From contig DXJG01000007.1 of assembly GCA_019056805.1 (NCBI GenBank), positions 1,992 to 65,991 on the forward strand: a stretch of 64,000 nt of DNA. The letters run 5' to 3'. The notes beneath the pieces are model-generated. The model was given only the letters and a program-made list of their open reading frames with translations. It searched no databases and was not told where the DNA came from. Shown one piece after another: positions 33,009 to 43,769 of the stretch; position 1 is the stretch's first letter; every line of letters starts with the position of its first letter. A program made the translations under genes and the position numbers. Source of the stretch: Candidatus Baldrarchaeota archaeon. GTDB lineage: Archaea; Asgardarchaeota; Baldrarchaeia; Baldrarchaeales; DXJG01.

Positions 33009-34639
33009 AGAAACCATATACATTTTTAATTATTGCGATTTTGATGATATTTATCGTAAACATAAGCTTTATGAATGTAGTCTATGCTCAAACTTCCGTG
33101 GATTTTGAAATACTTAGAGTTGTTTGGGGAACTCCCCAAGATAATCCTATAATTGTTAATCCGGGAGACACAAATGTACCTCTCACAATATATGTGAAAA
33201 ACAATTCTAGTGAAAGCCTTGTAGGTGTTAGAGGAGAATTAAATCTTACAGAACCGTTTAGGCATACTGAAAACAATAATTATTCTGCTATCTCTATCGG
33301 GACACCCATTGAAAGTAGCAATGTTCTTTCGCCAACAGGAGAAGTTTTACCATGGGGCACCTTTACCCTAACATACCATTTAAACATAAATAACACCGCT
33401 AAGAAAGGCACATACACGTGTACATTAACCATATACTACACAGTAAACTCCAGTACCCTCGGTTATGTCCCAGGCGTACCTAGAACCTATTCCGTAACAA
33501 TTATTATATATAATCGAGCACCATCTATTGAATCTTATCGACCAGCCGATCTAAATGTCGCTGTTTATGTAAATGATAGTGTAGAGTTTTTTGTTAAATG
33601 CAGCGATCCAGATAACGATACTTTGAGCTATGAGTGGACTTTTGATGGCGAAGTTGTTGCAACTACAAATAATTATACCTATATAGCTACGGAAGATGAT
33701 ATTGGAACTCATAATTTAGAGTTTGCAGTTGACGATGGCGAACTTAGAACAACTATGACATGGACCATCACTGTTACAAAAACAATCATAACATATGTTA
33801 ATGTAAGTAGTAATTATCTTTTTGGCGGCTTTGAAACAGAAGTAAACATAACAATCAGAAATAATGCATGGGACGGAACTGTCCAGATTTCCTTTGGTAT
33901 TCAATCACCTCTAGTTATTCATGGAAACAGTTCTTGGACATTTAAGTCAGTGTTTCCAAATCAAGAACTTACCGTACCCGTAGTTATTTATGTTCCTAAA
34001 GCTGCTATAGGTAACACGTTCACAGGAACCTTAACAATAAGTTACGACGATGAATATGGAAATAGCTATACAGAAAACCATAACATTGGTTTTGTGGTCA
34101 GAGGCCAGGTGTCTTTGGTTGCTTATGATTATGCAATTATACCCAATCCGGTTTCGCCAGGTGAAAAGGTTTCAATCAGTGCAACTTTATTGAATAAAGG
34201 TACAGTGACGGCAATGTTTGTTAATGTATCGATTCAACCAAATGAGGTTTTACTTTTATCTCAAGAAAGTAGTAGCTATATTGGGGAAGTTGAAGAAAAC
34301 TCTCCAGTTCCCTTTACAGTTTCGGCCTATGTTAAGTCAGATGTCCAAAATGGAACGTACCCAGTAATAATTACTATTACTTATACAGACGATTTATTCG
34401 AAGAACATTTGTTTAACATTACAGTGGAAATAACAGTACAAAAGTCGTCTGGAGACGAAACAGCGTCTGAAGAAAAAGTTGGTTTCCTTGAATTACTTTA
34501 TCGCGGTGGTTTGACCATCTTAATAAGTGTAGTAACGTTAATCGCAATTGTAGTGCTTTACCTTAAAAGATCCGCAAAACCTCTGCCTACTTCTTTCATG
34601 TTTGTAAACTATCCGCTTGGTGGTAACATTGAATATTGA
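33005..34639 (+). CDS. Secreted/surface protein with PKD-like beta-sandwich domains and C-terminal TM anchor, encoded inside the ABC operon
   Basis: Signal peptide MKKPYTFLIIAILMIFIVNISFMNVVYA; PKD-like segment SDPDNDTLSYEWTFDGEVV; C-terminal helix LTILISVVTLIAIVVLYL followed by KRSAK. Start overlaps upstream stop (ATGA). Confidence 0.8.
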   Translation: MKKPYTFLIIAILMIFIVNISFMNVVYAQTSVDFEILRVVWGTPQDNPIIVNPGDTNVPLTIYVKNNSSESLVGVRGELNLTEPFRHTENNNYSAISIGTPIESSNVLSPTGEVLPWGTFTLTYHLNINNTAKKGTYTCTLTIYYTVNSSTLGYVPGVPRTYSVTIIIYNRAPSIESYRPADLNVAVYVNDSVEFFVKCSDPDNDTLSYEWTFDGEVVATTNNYTYIATEDDIGTHNLEFAVDDGELRTTMTWTITVTKTIITYVNVSSNYLFGGFETEVNITIRNNAWDGTVQISFGIQSPLVIHGNSSWTFKSVFPNQELTVPVVIYVPKAAIGNTFTGTLTISYDDEYGNSYTENHNIGFVVRGQVSLVAYDYAIIPNPVSPGEKVSISATLLNKGTVTAMFVNVSIQPNEVLLLSQESSSYIGEVEENSPVPFTVSAYVKSDVQNGTYPVIITITYTDDLFEEHLFNITVEITVQKSSGDETASEEKVGFLELLYRGGLTILISVVTLIAIVVLYLKRSAKPLPTSFMFVNYPLGGNIEY

Positions 34640-35828
34640 AAAGTATCTTTCTCTTCTACCCCTTTCCTTTGAAGCACTAAAGGAACGAAAGTTACGTTCT
34701 ACTTTAACAATTCTCATGGTACTTGTTGGTAGCGGTCTTCTTGTTGCAGTTAATGGGATTAGTACAGGAACTTTAACTTATATTGACCAACAATTTTCGA
34801 ATTTAGGTGCAAACTTGATAATTATGACTCCTAGAGGCACAGATTTTGAAATTGATGATAATATAGTTAAGGAAGTTTCTCGTATTGAAGGTGTAACTGA
34901 GACTATTCCCTTTATACAATCGGTAGTTCGTATAGAGTCTAGGAGAGAAAGCCAATCAGTAGTTGCAGTAGGGGTAGATCACTCTAAGCTCCACTTAATA
35001 TTTCCAACCCTTAAATTAGAAGAAGGAAACCTTGTGTCTTACACAGACAGTGTAGGAATTGTTCTGGGCAATTTGGTTGCTTATGGTTCAGGCGGAGAAC
35101 CTTTCGCAACAGTTGGGCAAACAGTGAAACTAAGGTATAGTACTACGATTGAAGGAGAACAAGTCGTATTTGAGAAAAATTTCATAGTTCGTGGAGTATT
35201 GGAATATATAGGTAGTGGTTTAATACCTGTAGATCAAATGGTTTTCATCTCGCTCCCTGCAGCTAATTCGTTTTTTGAACGACACAACAAATATGATGGA
35301 ATATATATAATAACGGCTGATCCTTCTTTGAACGATGAAATTATGGATCAGCTACAAGATATGTATAATGTAAATGTTCTTTCGCCACAAACTATTATTG
35401 AAGTAATTAATCGAGTTAGTAATGCAATATCATTCTTTGTAGGTAACATAGCTACGGTATCACTTCTTGTAGCTTCTATCGGAATTATTACAACTCTTTG
35501 GACCTCTGTACTCGAGAGAATAAGGGAAATAGGTGTACTAAAATCCATAGGATTTCAAGAAAATGACATACTTGTTCTTTTCTTAAATGAAGCCGCTATT
35601 ATAGGTATGATTGGAGGGACTTTAGGTTTAATTTTTGGAGTTATACTTGCTCGTATTCTCATGATAATCATATCACCAGAATTTGCAACCGTTATACAAC
35701 CTATTTTCACCGTGGAAAGCTTGGTTTCTACATGGCTTCTCAGTTTAGGTTTAAGCATAGTCGCTGGACTTTATCCAGCTTGGAGAGCGTCAAAACTCGA
35801 CCCAGTGGCAGCACTAAGACATGAATAA
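34617..35828 (+). CDS. ABC transporter permease, FtsX/MacB-type
   Basis: N-terminal TM (KLRSTLTILMVLVGSGLLVAV), large extracellular domain, then a C-terminal three-helix FtsX-like bundle; overlaps the preceding gene by 23 nt. Confidence 0.85.
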   Translation: MVVTLNIEKYLSLLPLSFEALKERKLRSTLTILMVLVGSGLLVAVNGISTGTLTYIDQQFSNLGANLIIMTPRGTDFEIDDNIVKEVSRIEGVTETIPFIQSVVRIESRRESQSVVAVGVDHSKLHLIFPTLKLEEGNLVSYTDSVGIVLGNLVAYGSGGEPFATVGQTVKLRYSTTIEGEQVVFEKNFIVRGVLEYIGSGLIPVDQMVFISLPAANSFFERHNKYDGIYIITADPSLNDEIMDQLQDMYNVNVLSPQTIIEVINRVSNAISFFVGNIATVSLLVASIGIITTLWTSVLERIREIGVLKSIGFQENDILVLFLNEAAIIGMIGGTLGLIFGVILARILMIIISPEFATVIQPIFTVESLVSTWLLSLGLSIVAGLYPAWRASKLDPVAALRHE

Positions 35829-35962
35829 ATCGGAATCAAAGAACATGAAGTTACTTACAATCTTTTAGCTGTTTTAAATAAGTTAATACGTTAACCCTTG
35901 AAATAGAAACCTTATATAAGATTTAGCTTTACATATAGTTTAGACTTGATAAGAGATAGGAC

Positions 35963-37405
35963 TTGAGTGAAATGAGAGGGGAAGAGAAAACAAAAAACTT
36001 GGATAAGATATTTAATCCAAAATCCGTCGCTATAATAGGAGTCTCGAATGATCCTAGGAAACTAGGTTATCAATGTCTTAAAGCATTGTTAATGGACGGA
36101 TATCAAGGGAAAATTTATCCTGTACATCCTCAACTAAAAGAATTAATGGGAATAAAAGTGTATAACAGTTTGGATGAGATAGATGACCATATAGATTTAG
36201 CTATTATAGCAATATCTGCCCCAAAGGTTCCAGATGTTTTAAAAGAATGCGCTAAAAAGAATATAAAAGGTGTAATTATTATTTCTTCTGGTTTTAAAGA
36301 ACTTGGTAAGCAAGGGGAAATCCTTGAAGAGCAGTTAAAGAAAATTGCTGAAGAACATAGTATTTGTATAGTGGGGCCAAATTGTCTTGGAGCAACAAAT
36401 ACAAAGATAAATTTGAACGCTACCTTTTTCCCAAGCTTTGTAAAAGTTAAATCAGGAAGCGTTTCTTTGATTAGTCAAAGTGGGGGAATTACTGGAAATC
36501 TTCTTTATCATGCAGTTGACATAGGAACCGGGATTGCAAAATTTGTAAGTGTAGGAAACAGATGTAACTTGGATTTTGCGGATTATATTGAATATTTTTA
36601 CAGAGATCCTGAAACGAAGGTAATTGGAATATTTTTAGAAGGTACAGAAGATGCGAGGAGAATGTATGAGGTCGCGAAACAAGTCACCAAAATGAAACCT
36701 ATACTTGTGTATAAGGCTGGTAAAACGAAAACGGGAAGGAAAGGTGTTAAAAGTCATACGGGGTCTCTAGCTGGAAGATCTGAATTGTATAGTGCAGTTT
36801 TTAGACAAGCAGGTATCATAGAAGTTCAAAGTATAAAGGAACTGGTAGAGGCTGCAAAAGCATTGTCTGTGGTAAAATATCCACCGAAGGGAAATCGTGT
36901 AGCAATAATAACTCATACAGCTGGACCTAGTATAGTTGCAACTGATATACTGGAGGCAAGAGGCTGCAAACTAGCGGAATTATCAAAAGAAACTATAAAA
37001 AATATACAAGGTCTTTTACCGTTTTCGATACCGATAACAAACCCTTTGGATATGCTTGGATTTGGATACGCAATACCTGAACTGTATGGTGAAACTGTAA
37101 AGAGGATATTGGCGGATAATAATGTTGATTTTCTCTTAGCAATATACTCACCTTCTTTTCAATCTGAAATAAGAGTACCTGCGAAAGAATTGATTGAAGC
37201 AGTTGAAGAGTACAGAAAGCCGGTAGTGGCGGTTTTAAATGCACCAATATCCAAAAAACCTAAGGAAGCAGAGAACTTGGAAAAAGCAGGGATACCGGTG
37301 TTTTTTGATCCTGAAAGTGGTGCAAAAGCTTCGGCAATCCTCATATACTATTACACAAAAATAAAACCTAAAATTTTAGATTCAGACATATTAAATTCTG
37401 AATAA
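35963..37405 (+). CDS. Acyl-CoA synthetase (NDP-forming), alpha-subunit-like CoA-binding protein
   Basis: N-terminal CoA-binding Rossmann region (PKSVAIIGVSNDPRKLGYQ), succinyl-CoA-synthetase-like region with candidate phospho-His context SHTGSLAG. Confidence 0.85.
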   Translation: MSEMRGEEKTKNLDKIFNPKSVAIIGVSNDPRKLGYQCLKALLMDGYQGKIYPVHPQLKELMGIKVYNSLDEIDDHIDLAIIAISAPKVPDVLKECAKKNIKGVIIISSGFKELGKQGEILEEQLKKIAEEHSICIVGPNCLGATNTKINLNATFFPSFVKVKSGSVSLISQSGGITGNLLYHAVDIGTGIAKFVSVGNRCNLDFADYIEYFYRDPETKVIGIFLEGTEDARRMYEVAKQVTKMKPILVYKAGKTKTGRKGVKSHTGSLAGRSELYSAVFRQAGIIEVQSIKELVEAAKALSVVKYPPKGNRVAIITHTAGPSIVATDILEARGCKLAELSKETIKNIQGLLPFSIPITNPLDMLGFGYAIPELYGETVKRILADNNVDFLLAIYSPSFQSEIRVPAKELIEAVEEYRKPVVAVLNAPISKKPKEAENLEKAGIPVFFDPESGAKASAILIYYYTKIKPKILDSDILNSE

Positions 37406-37525
37406 TCTAACAAAAATGTCATAAAGTATCATATAATCTTTATTTTTCATTAAATGGTTTTAAGGTCTTCAAATGATGCTGGTAAACGCTAATTGTTCTA
37501 TTTTTGTTTAACGTAAAATATTATA

Positions 37526-40500
37526 ATGGTAAACTGCAAATTTGAACTTATAATATATATTACAACATTGTATGCGGGTGTTCTGATGAAAAGGACCATC
37601 TGCATATTAATAATTTTAGTGATGACATTAGCAGCCATTATGGATATAGTTGCCATGCCAGAGATAGATAGCGGGTCCCAGATTATAACTGCAGATAGGA
37701 AAGTATCATCTAACCTTGAAGATGACGTTATAATGTTAAGTAAGAACCAACCGCTTGAAAACCTCACAGCAGAACGTTTTTCAATTATCAGTTCGTTTCA
37801 TCGTGCACTTGGTAACTTTACTGGAGATGATATGCCAGAAGTTGCCTCAATAGCATATATAGACGGTAGAATACATTTCTATGATCTAGTTAATCGACAA
37901 ACGTATGCAATTAACAATGACACAGCTGGACCACAAGCTTGGAATGGTCTAATAATTGCTCGAGGAAATTTTGACCCAGACCCATGGGACGAGGTCATTA
38001 CTATTAACAAGACTGGTATCATAACAATTATAGATGGCAATGCTACAACTATCAAACGCATCGATCTGAACATTACAGAAGATATTAGTAATGTCATGTT
38101 TTTCGAAGTAGTTGATTTAGATCTTAATGGATACTCTGATACAGTAATGCTACTTAGAACAAACACATCGAAGGAAATTTTTACTATAGTAAATGGGACT
38201 CCTAGCGCTACCGAGGTGGTTCCTACAAATTTAACCTTGTCTCTTGCATTGGATGTAACTATAGGCAACTTTGCAGCCAATGATGGATTAGAACTTGCAA
38301 TTGTATATTCTGACTATACAGTAACCGTATATAATTATACATTTCAGCGTCTTGTGAATAGTACTATTCCTAATGTTTGTAGGATAGCAACTATAAGCAA
38401 CGCATCTTGGCACTATGATGCCCTTATTGCACTACTTTTAACCACACCAAAAAATGTAACTATTTACAATGCAACCACGCTAACGCCGCTTGGCTACTCG
38501 ACGTTAGTCGACTTTTATTTGAATGTAAAACCAAAGGCAGCTGACCTTGATGACGACAAAACAAATGAAGTTATAATTCCTACAGCAGATGGATTTGCAA
38601 TTTTTGACCTAAACACAAATAATATTACAAAAACAGCTATTCTATTTACAAATAGCCCAACATATCTTATTACATCGAAAATCACTAGAGACCAGACCTA
38701 TGACTTTGTAATTGGCAACAATGAAGTTCTATTCATGTTTAAGGGTGTCAAGGGTAGTGTTGCAAAGCCGAGAATTCTGCGAAAAATTTCTGAGCCTTCC
38801 TATATTCAGACATGTGAAGTATGGCAATACGACACTGGCTTACCGGATCTTTTCGTTCTAACCGATCTAACTGATTTTTCTCTTTATGTTTATAGGTCAG
38901 ATTCTAGTGCGCCACGTCTTAGTGATTTGAAAGTCTATCCTACTAGACCAACAGTTGATGATAGCTATGTTTCTATTTCAGCAAAAATCATCGACGAAGG
39001 TGTTTTTGATAATCCTGTTTTAGTCTATAACATTACTACGGTCAGTGGTACACTTTTAGAGCAAGGAGAAGTTTTAATGGTATCAGAATCATATATGAGT
39101 GATACCTATCTTGTTTATCTTTCGGATTTAAAAGCTGGGACATATACTTTCAAAATTATTGTAACTGACAGCTACGATAATAGAGCGATTTACGATAACA
39201 ACGGTTCCCTATATACATTCAATGTTTACAGTAAACTTCTGTTTCGAACAACGCTTCAAACGGTTACCTTGACCGCCCCTACTATAACTAGTGATCATCC
39301 AATGGATTTAGGTAAGCTGGATGGAGATCAATATGATGATGTAGTAATTGGAGTTTCAGATCATGCAGAGATCATATGGGGTAACCATAGCGTTACAATA
39401 CTTGATACATGGGCTGATGTAGACAATGTGGAAGTATATGTTGCGAATCTGCTAGCTGGTTCAAACGACGATATATTAGTTTACTATTATAATGTTACAA
39501 GCTCTCAGTATCAAATTAATATTTATGACGGTTTTTCACTAGAGGTATCAAAAAGATATACGTTCACCTCGGAAGTTCAGAATTTTGCATTTGGCGATGT
39601 TGACGGTGATGGATATGAGGATTTAGTGTTTAGTTTAGATGTAAATACTACACACGACAAACTCATCGTAATGAATACGGTAACCAGTGTAACTTTGCTA
39701 GAAAAAGAAATTATAAACACCCTTTACGTTGGAGTGTTCAATCTTACAGAAGACCAATACATGGATGTTATTGCGGTATCATTTGACTCCTCAACTAAGA
39801 TACTTAATTTAACTGCTTATGCTGGTGAACAAAATTTAAACATGATATACTTTTTCAACCAGTCTTTCCCAAGCGACGAAGATGTATATGAAGTGGTGGT
39901 TTTTGTCGATAACTTCATAACAACTGAATATTTGCAGGTTGCACTTGCCACAGGTTTATCGGGACATGACAAAATATTTTTATTGAACGCTAGTAACGGC
40001 TACTATTTAAAAGAGCGCGAAATACCATATATAACAGGACTGACTCCTGTTGATTACGGATTCGATGGGATCAAAGAGATATCCCTTATTTTATACGATA
40101 ATTCACTGATTATAGTTAGTTTGGCTAACGAATCCTTCAGTTTTAAGAAAGATTCGTTACTCCCAGAAACGCCTATTTCAACATTTTGGGATCATTTCGA
40201 TGAGGATAATTATAAGGACTTGATATATGTTCTATCTGATGAGATCGCTGTATATTCAATTGCTGAGGATCGTTTCGAAGTTGTACAGTATCCGTTCAGA
40301 ATGATACATTCGGCGAGTATTGGTAAATTCTTTGAACTTCCAAGCAAAGACATCTGTTTCCTTACGTATGACTTGATTTTTGAAAAATACATAAACATAA
40401 ATATGTTCTATAGACCAAACATTACTTTGTCCCTTAGCAACAATATTGTAGCTCAAGGCGAATCCACCGAGGTAATCGTAGAGATTAGAAACGTGTTTGG

Positions 40501-42442
40501 AGATCCTGTCACTGAAAGCGATATACTGGGAATTCTTGAGTTGGATGGAAGTGTTTTGCAAACAAGTAGCTTTACTTCACATGGAAATGGTATATACAGC
40601 CTTACTGTTAGTGCAACGAACATGCCTTTAGGATACTACAATCTCTCTGTGATTATAGATGATCCCTATTATGGTACTTTCACGTTCAGTGAAAATCTTA
40701 CGGTTACGGGTCAAATAGATGGCGTACTTATAAGCCCAGATAAAGTTCCACAAGGCGGATTTGCACTACTAAATGTAACTCTATCAGATCAATATGGGTA
40801 TCCTGTAACAAACGCGATCGTCAACATTACTTTCAATGGGCAGGTTTACACACCCGATAAAATCATTAGAAACATGTATCTCTTCAAGATATCAACAGAG
40901 AATTTGTCTGTTGGACTATATACCATTATGGTTACGGCGGATCATGAATTAACGCCGCCGATACAAATAAATTCTACTATTAGTTTAACGGGGATTCCCC
41001 ATGTTTCAGTTAGGGGAAACGGAATTACAGAGCCTCCTGTAATTCAAGGGACAGCATTCGATGTAGCTTTGGATTTGTATGATGAATACAATTATACAAT
41101 TGATGGTGCAACTATAATTGCATATTTCTTTGGAAAGCCGTACACATTTACGGACTTAGGAAATGGAACTTATATTGCTAATGTACCCACGGAAAATGTA
41201 CCAGGAGGTATACACTCTCTCTTAATAGAAGTGAATCATGATTACCTTGAAAGACAAGTGTTTAGGGTAAATGTAACTGTTATAGGTAACATAAACCTAG
41301 AGGTGACTATTTCCCCGGATTACATTGAACAAGAGTCTACGATGGAAGTTAGAATAGTGGCTGTTGATGACTTTGGGTATCCGATAATAGGTGCAAATGT
41401 TAGAATTCTATTTGCAAATGAAACTTACACTGCTGAGAACATAAGGGACAATATATATGTCGCAACAATAAATGTAGGAAAAATATACCATGGTGAATAC
41501 CCACTTACAATAGAGGTTAACGGACAATTCTACACGACAAAGATTGCAGTGGAGACAGTATATGTTTATCCGAAGATACCAAAACTTGATTTATCACCAC
41601 AAACATTAATGACATTACTGGGAATTTCAATGGGTGTTTCGTTCGTAGGTTTATCATTATACTATGGCATTTCATCAAAATTGACTAGGAGTCTTTCAGT
41701 AGATGAAAGACAAAGACTACTTATGAGTTTCAAACCCTTAGACCTTACCTACTTTGCACTTGCCCTACTTCTGTTCGGTACGCTTGGAACTGCAGGCTAT
41801 CTTTACATAAAAGAATTCTACGAGTTAGCTGTGGCAGTTCTAGGGCTGGCATTAATGGAATTGTTATTAGTATATGGTATATGGCTTTACAGAGACGCTG
41901 CATATACACTAGTTACTGAGAAAATGTCTATTAAACGGGCTGTTGCAAGTTTATGGCACATAGTTTTAGCACCAATGATAGTACTAGGGATATTTGAATG
42001 GGGAGCGAACATCGAATGGTTTGCATACTATCTTCTTGGAGAAACAATAAACCTTGGTGTAATAGAGTTACCGTCACTGTACGTCAGTCTATTAGGTACT
42101 TACATTACTTCAATAATAGTTTTAGTTGCAAACATTTACCTTAATTCGAGAAGACTGAAGAACAGATTCCGTGAAATGAGAGTGGGTGGAACACCGGAAA
42201 AGGTAATAAACGAAGAGAAGATTATACAGCTTGGTAAAATGTCTAGTTCGATTAGAATTAAGTTCTTCGGTTTCCTTGTAATTCTCGGTGCAAGCTTAGT
42301 TTCAACGACACCGCTGCTACAGTACTATCAGTTAGGCGTTGTTGTAGTTCTTCCACTGATTTTCATAGTAGTAATTCCATATATAGTTTCTAAGATTCTA
42401 GGTGCACTAGGATTTACAAAGAGAACTATAGAAAGAGGATAG
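37526..42442 (+). CDS. Giant surface protein (1638 aa) with FG-GAP-like and Ig-like repeats and a polytopic C-terminal membrane domain
   Basis: Signal peptide (MKRTICILIILVMTLAAIMDIVA); D-x-D/N-G-D-G-Y-x-D motifs (DLNGYSDTV, GDVDGDGYEDLVF, LDGDQYDDVVIG); Ig-like repeats; last ~270 aa contain about 6-7 hydrophobic helices. Likely true start is the ATG encoding MKRT (about 60 nt inside the ORF). Confidence 0.85.
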   Translation: MVNCKFELIIYITTLYAGVLMKRTICILIILVMTLAAIMDIVAMPEIDSGSQIITADRKVSSNLEDDVIMLSKNQPLENLTAERFSIISSFHRALGNFTGDDMPEVASIAYIDGRIHFYDLVNRQTYAINNDTAGPQAWNGLIIARGNFDPDPWDEVITINKTGIITIIDGNATTIKRIDLNITEDISNVMFFEVVDLDLNGYSDTVMLLRTNTSKEIFTIVNGTPSATEVVPTNLTLSLALDVTIGNFAANDGLELAIVYSDYTVTVYNYTFQRLVNSTIPNVCRIATISNASWHYDALIALLLTTPKNVTIYNATTLTPLGYSTLVDFYLNVKPKAADLDDDKTNEVIIPTADGFAIFDLNTNNITKTAILFTNSPTYLITSKITRDQTYDFVIGNNEVLFMFKGVKGSVAKPRILRKISEPSYIQTCEVWQYDTGLPDLFVLTDLTDFSLYVYRSDSSAPRLSDLKVYPTRPTVDDSYVSISAKIIDEGVFDNPVLVYNITTVSGTLLEQGEVLMVSESYMSDTYLVYLSDLKAGTYTFKIIVTDSYDNRAIYDNNGSLYTFNVYSKLLFRTTLQTVTLTAPTITSDHPMDLGKLDGDQYDDVVIGVSDHAEIIWGNHSVTILDTWADVDNVEVYVANLLAGSNDDILVYYYNVTSSQYQINIYDGFSLEVSKRYTFTSEVQNFAFGDVDGDGYEDLVFSLDVNTTHDKLIVMNTVTSVTLLEKEIINTLYVGVFNLTEDQYMDVIAVSFDSSTKILNLTAYAGEQNLNMIYFFNQSFPSDEDVYEVVVFVDNFITTEYLQVALATGLSGHDKIFLLNASNGYYLKEREIPYITGLTPVDYGFDGIKEISLILYDNSLIIVSLANESFSFKKDSLLPETPISTFWDHFDEDNYKDLIYVLSDEIAVYSIAEDRFEVVQYPFRMIHSASIGKFFELPSKDICFLTYDLIFEKYININMFYRPNITLSLSNNIVAQGESTEVIVEIRNVFGDPVTESDILGILELDGSVLQTSSFTSHGNGIYSLTVSATNMPLGYYNLSVIIDDPYYGTFTFSENLTVTGQIDGVLISPDKVPQGGFALLNVTLSDQYGYPVTNAIVNITFNGQVYTPDKIIRNMYLFKISTENLSVGLYTIMVTADHELTPPIQINSTISLTGIPHVSVRGNGITEPPVIQGTAFDVALDLYDEYNYTIDGATIIAYFFGKPYTFTDLGNGTYIANVPTENVPGGIHSLLIEVNHDYLERQVFRVNVTVIGNINLEVTISPDYIEQESTMEVRIVAVDDFGYPIIGANVRILFANETYTAENIRDNIYVATINVGKIYHGEYPLTIEVNGQFYTTKIAVETVYVYPKIPKLDLSPQTLMTLLGISMGVSFVGLSLYYGISSKLTRSLSVDERQRLLMSFKPLDLTYFALALLLFGTLGTAGYLYIKEFYELAVAVLGLALMELLLVYGIWLYRDAAYTLVTEKMSIKRAVASLWHIVLAPMIVLGIFEWGANIEWFAYYLLGETINLGVIELPSLYVSLLGTYITSIIVLVANIYLNSRRLKNRFREMRVGGTPEKVINEEKIIQLGKMSSSIRIKFFGFLVILGASLVSTTPLLQYYQLGVVVVLPLIFIVVIPYIVSKILGALGFTKRTIERG

Positions 42443-42463
42443 AGACTCCTCAAACCTAACTTT

Positions 42464-43156
42464 TTATTTTTGTTTTAGTGTTTTTACTGCTAGTTCTGGG
42501 TTGTTTGTTACAATACAATCGACTTTCATATTTGCAAATTTAATCATATCACTTGGATTATCGACCGTCCAAACTGCGATTTTTAAACCATTTTCATGCA
42601 CTTTATCTACAATTTCAGGTGTTACAAGGGTATATTTTGGAACCACAAAATCTATTCTTAAAGTAGTCGCTATCTTCAGCATATTTCCTCTAAATTTTCC
42701 ACCAAAAATTGCTCCTACCAAAATTCTTGAATTTAACTTCTTAACTTTCTTTACAATTTCAAAGTTAAAGGATGTTATAATTGAATCATTAATTATTTTC
42801 TTTTCCTCTAGCGCTTCAATCACTTTATTTTCAAAACCTTCTTCTTTAATTTCAACTATAATTTTCCCTTTCATTTCTTTAACTACTTCCAAGGCTTCTT
42901 CTAGAGTAGATATTCTTTCCCCCTTCCCAAAATCCAGTTTCTTAAGTTGATTAAGTGTCATTTCACGTACATACCCGTGACCATTAGAAGTTCTGTCAAC
43001 AGTTTCATCGTGAATGACCACTGGCACGTTGTCTTCTGTTAATCTTACATCTATCTCTACAGCGTCTGCTCCAACCTTGAAAGCTCTAATAATGCCTCTA
43101 AGCGTATTTTCAGGTTCATGTACAGGATCACCTCTATGACCCACAATAAAAACCAT
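42464..43156 (-). CDS. Glycerophosphodiester phosphodiesterase
   Basis: Family N-terminal signature IVGHRGDPVHEPENTLRGIIRAFKVGADAVEIDVRLTEDNVPVVIHDETVDRTSNG. Start set at the internal ATG (MVFIVGHRG). Confidence 0.9.
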   Translation of the reverse strand: MVFIVGHRGDPVHEPENTLRGIIRAFKVGADAVEIDVRLTEDNVPVVIHDETVDRTSNGHGYVREMTLNQLKKLDFGKGERISTLEEALEVVKEMKGKIIVEIKEEGFENKVIEALEEKKIINDSIITSFNFEIVKKVKKLNSRILVGAIFGGKFRGNMLKIATTLRIDFVVPKYTLVTPEIVDKVHENGLKIAVWTVDNPSDMIKFANMKVDCIVTNNPELAVKTLKQK

Positions 43157-43200
43157 TGTGAAAACCTCAGTTTTATTATATTTCAACGAGAAATATTAAA

Positions 43201-43659
43201 CTATTCTAGTAGTTTTCTGATAGGGTCTTTTGGATCGAATTTTGTGGTTTCGTAGACCATTAGGGTTTCTGTTTTCTTAACTGCAGGTAAGCTTTGAATT
43301 CTTCTTAATACGCCTCTTAGCTCATCTATGTTTCTTACTACAACTTCCACTATTATATCAAATCTCCCTAAAAGATAGTGAATTTGAGATATTTCTTTGA
43401 AAGTTTTAATTATTTTATCGGTTTCCTTTCTAAACTCTGTTTGCGGCTCTGCAATGATAAGAATGTATGCCTTTATCTTAAGACCTATAACGTTAGGATC
43501 TATGTCAATTGTGAATTTAATACCCTTTTTTCTTAACTCTTTAATCCTAGCATAGATACTTTGCCTTGTCATTCCACATTTCTTAGCTAATTCGGTGATT
43601 GGTTGTCTGCCATCTTTTAACAATTCCCTTAGTAGCAATTTATCTTTCTCATCAAACAT
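43201..43659 (-). CDS. Lrp/AsnC-family transcriptional regulator
   Basis: N-terminal HTH (LLKDGRQPITELAKKCGMTRQSIYARIKEL) plus C-terminal RAM domain pattern. Start set at internal ATG. Confidence 0.9.
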   Translation of the reverse strand: MFDEKDKLLLRELLKDGRQPITELAKKCGMTRQSIYARIKELRKKGIKFTIDIDPNVIGLKIKAYILIIAEPQTEFRKETDKIIKTFKEISQIHYLLGRFDIIVEVVVRNIDELRGVLRRIQSLPAVKKTETLMVYETTKFDPKDPIRKLLE

Positions 43660-43769
43660 GTTAAAACATTGACACACAACTTATATTTTAAGTTTACCAT
43701 ATTGCAATATAGAACGTATTTTTTTGGACAAAATGTCTAATTTTTGGGGACAATTCTTTTATTATTGTT

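Noticed and set aside
42501-42950. 149-aa plus-strand ORF
   Set aside because: Antisense to the glycerophosphodiester phosphodiesterase gene, which has clear family signatures.
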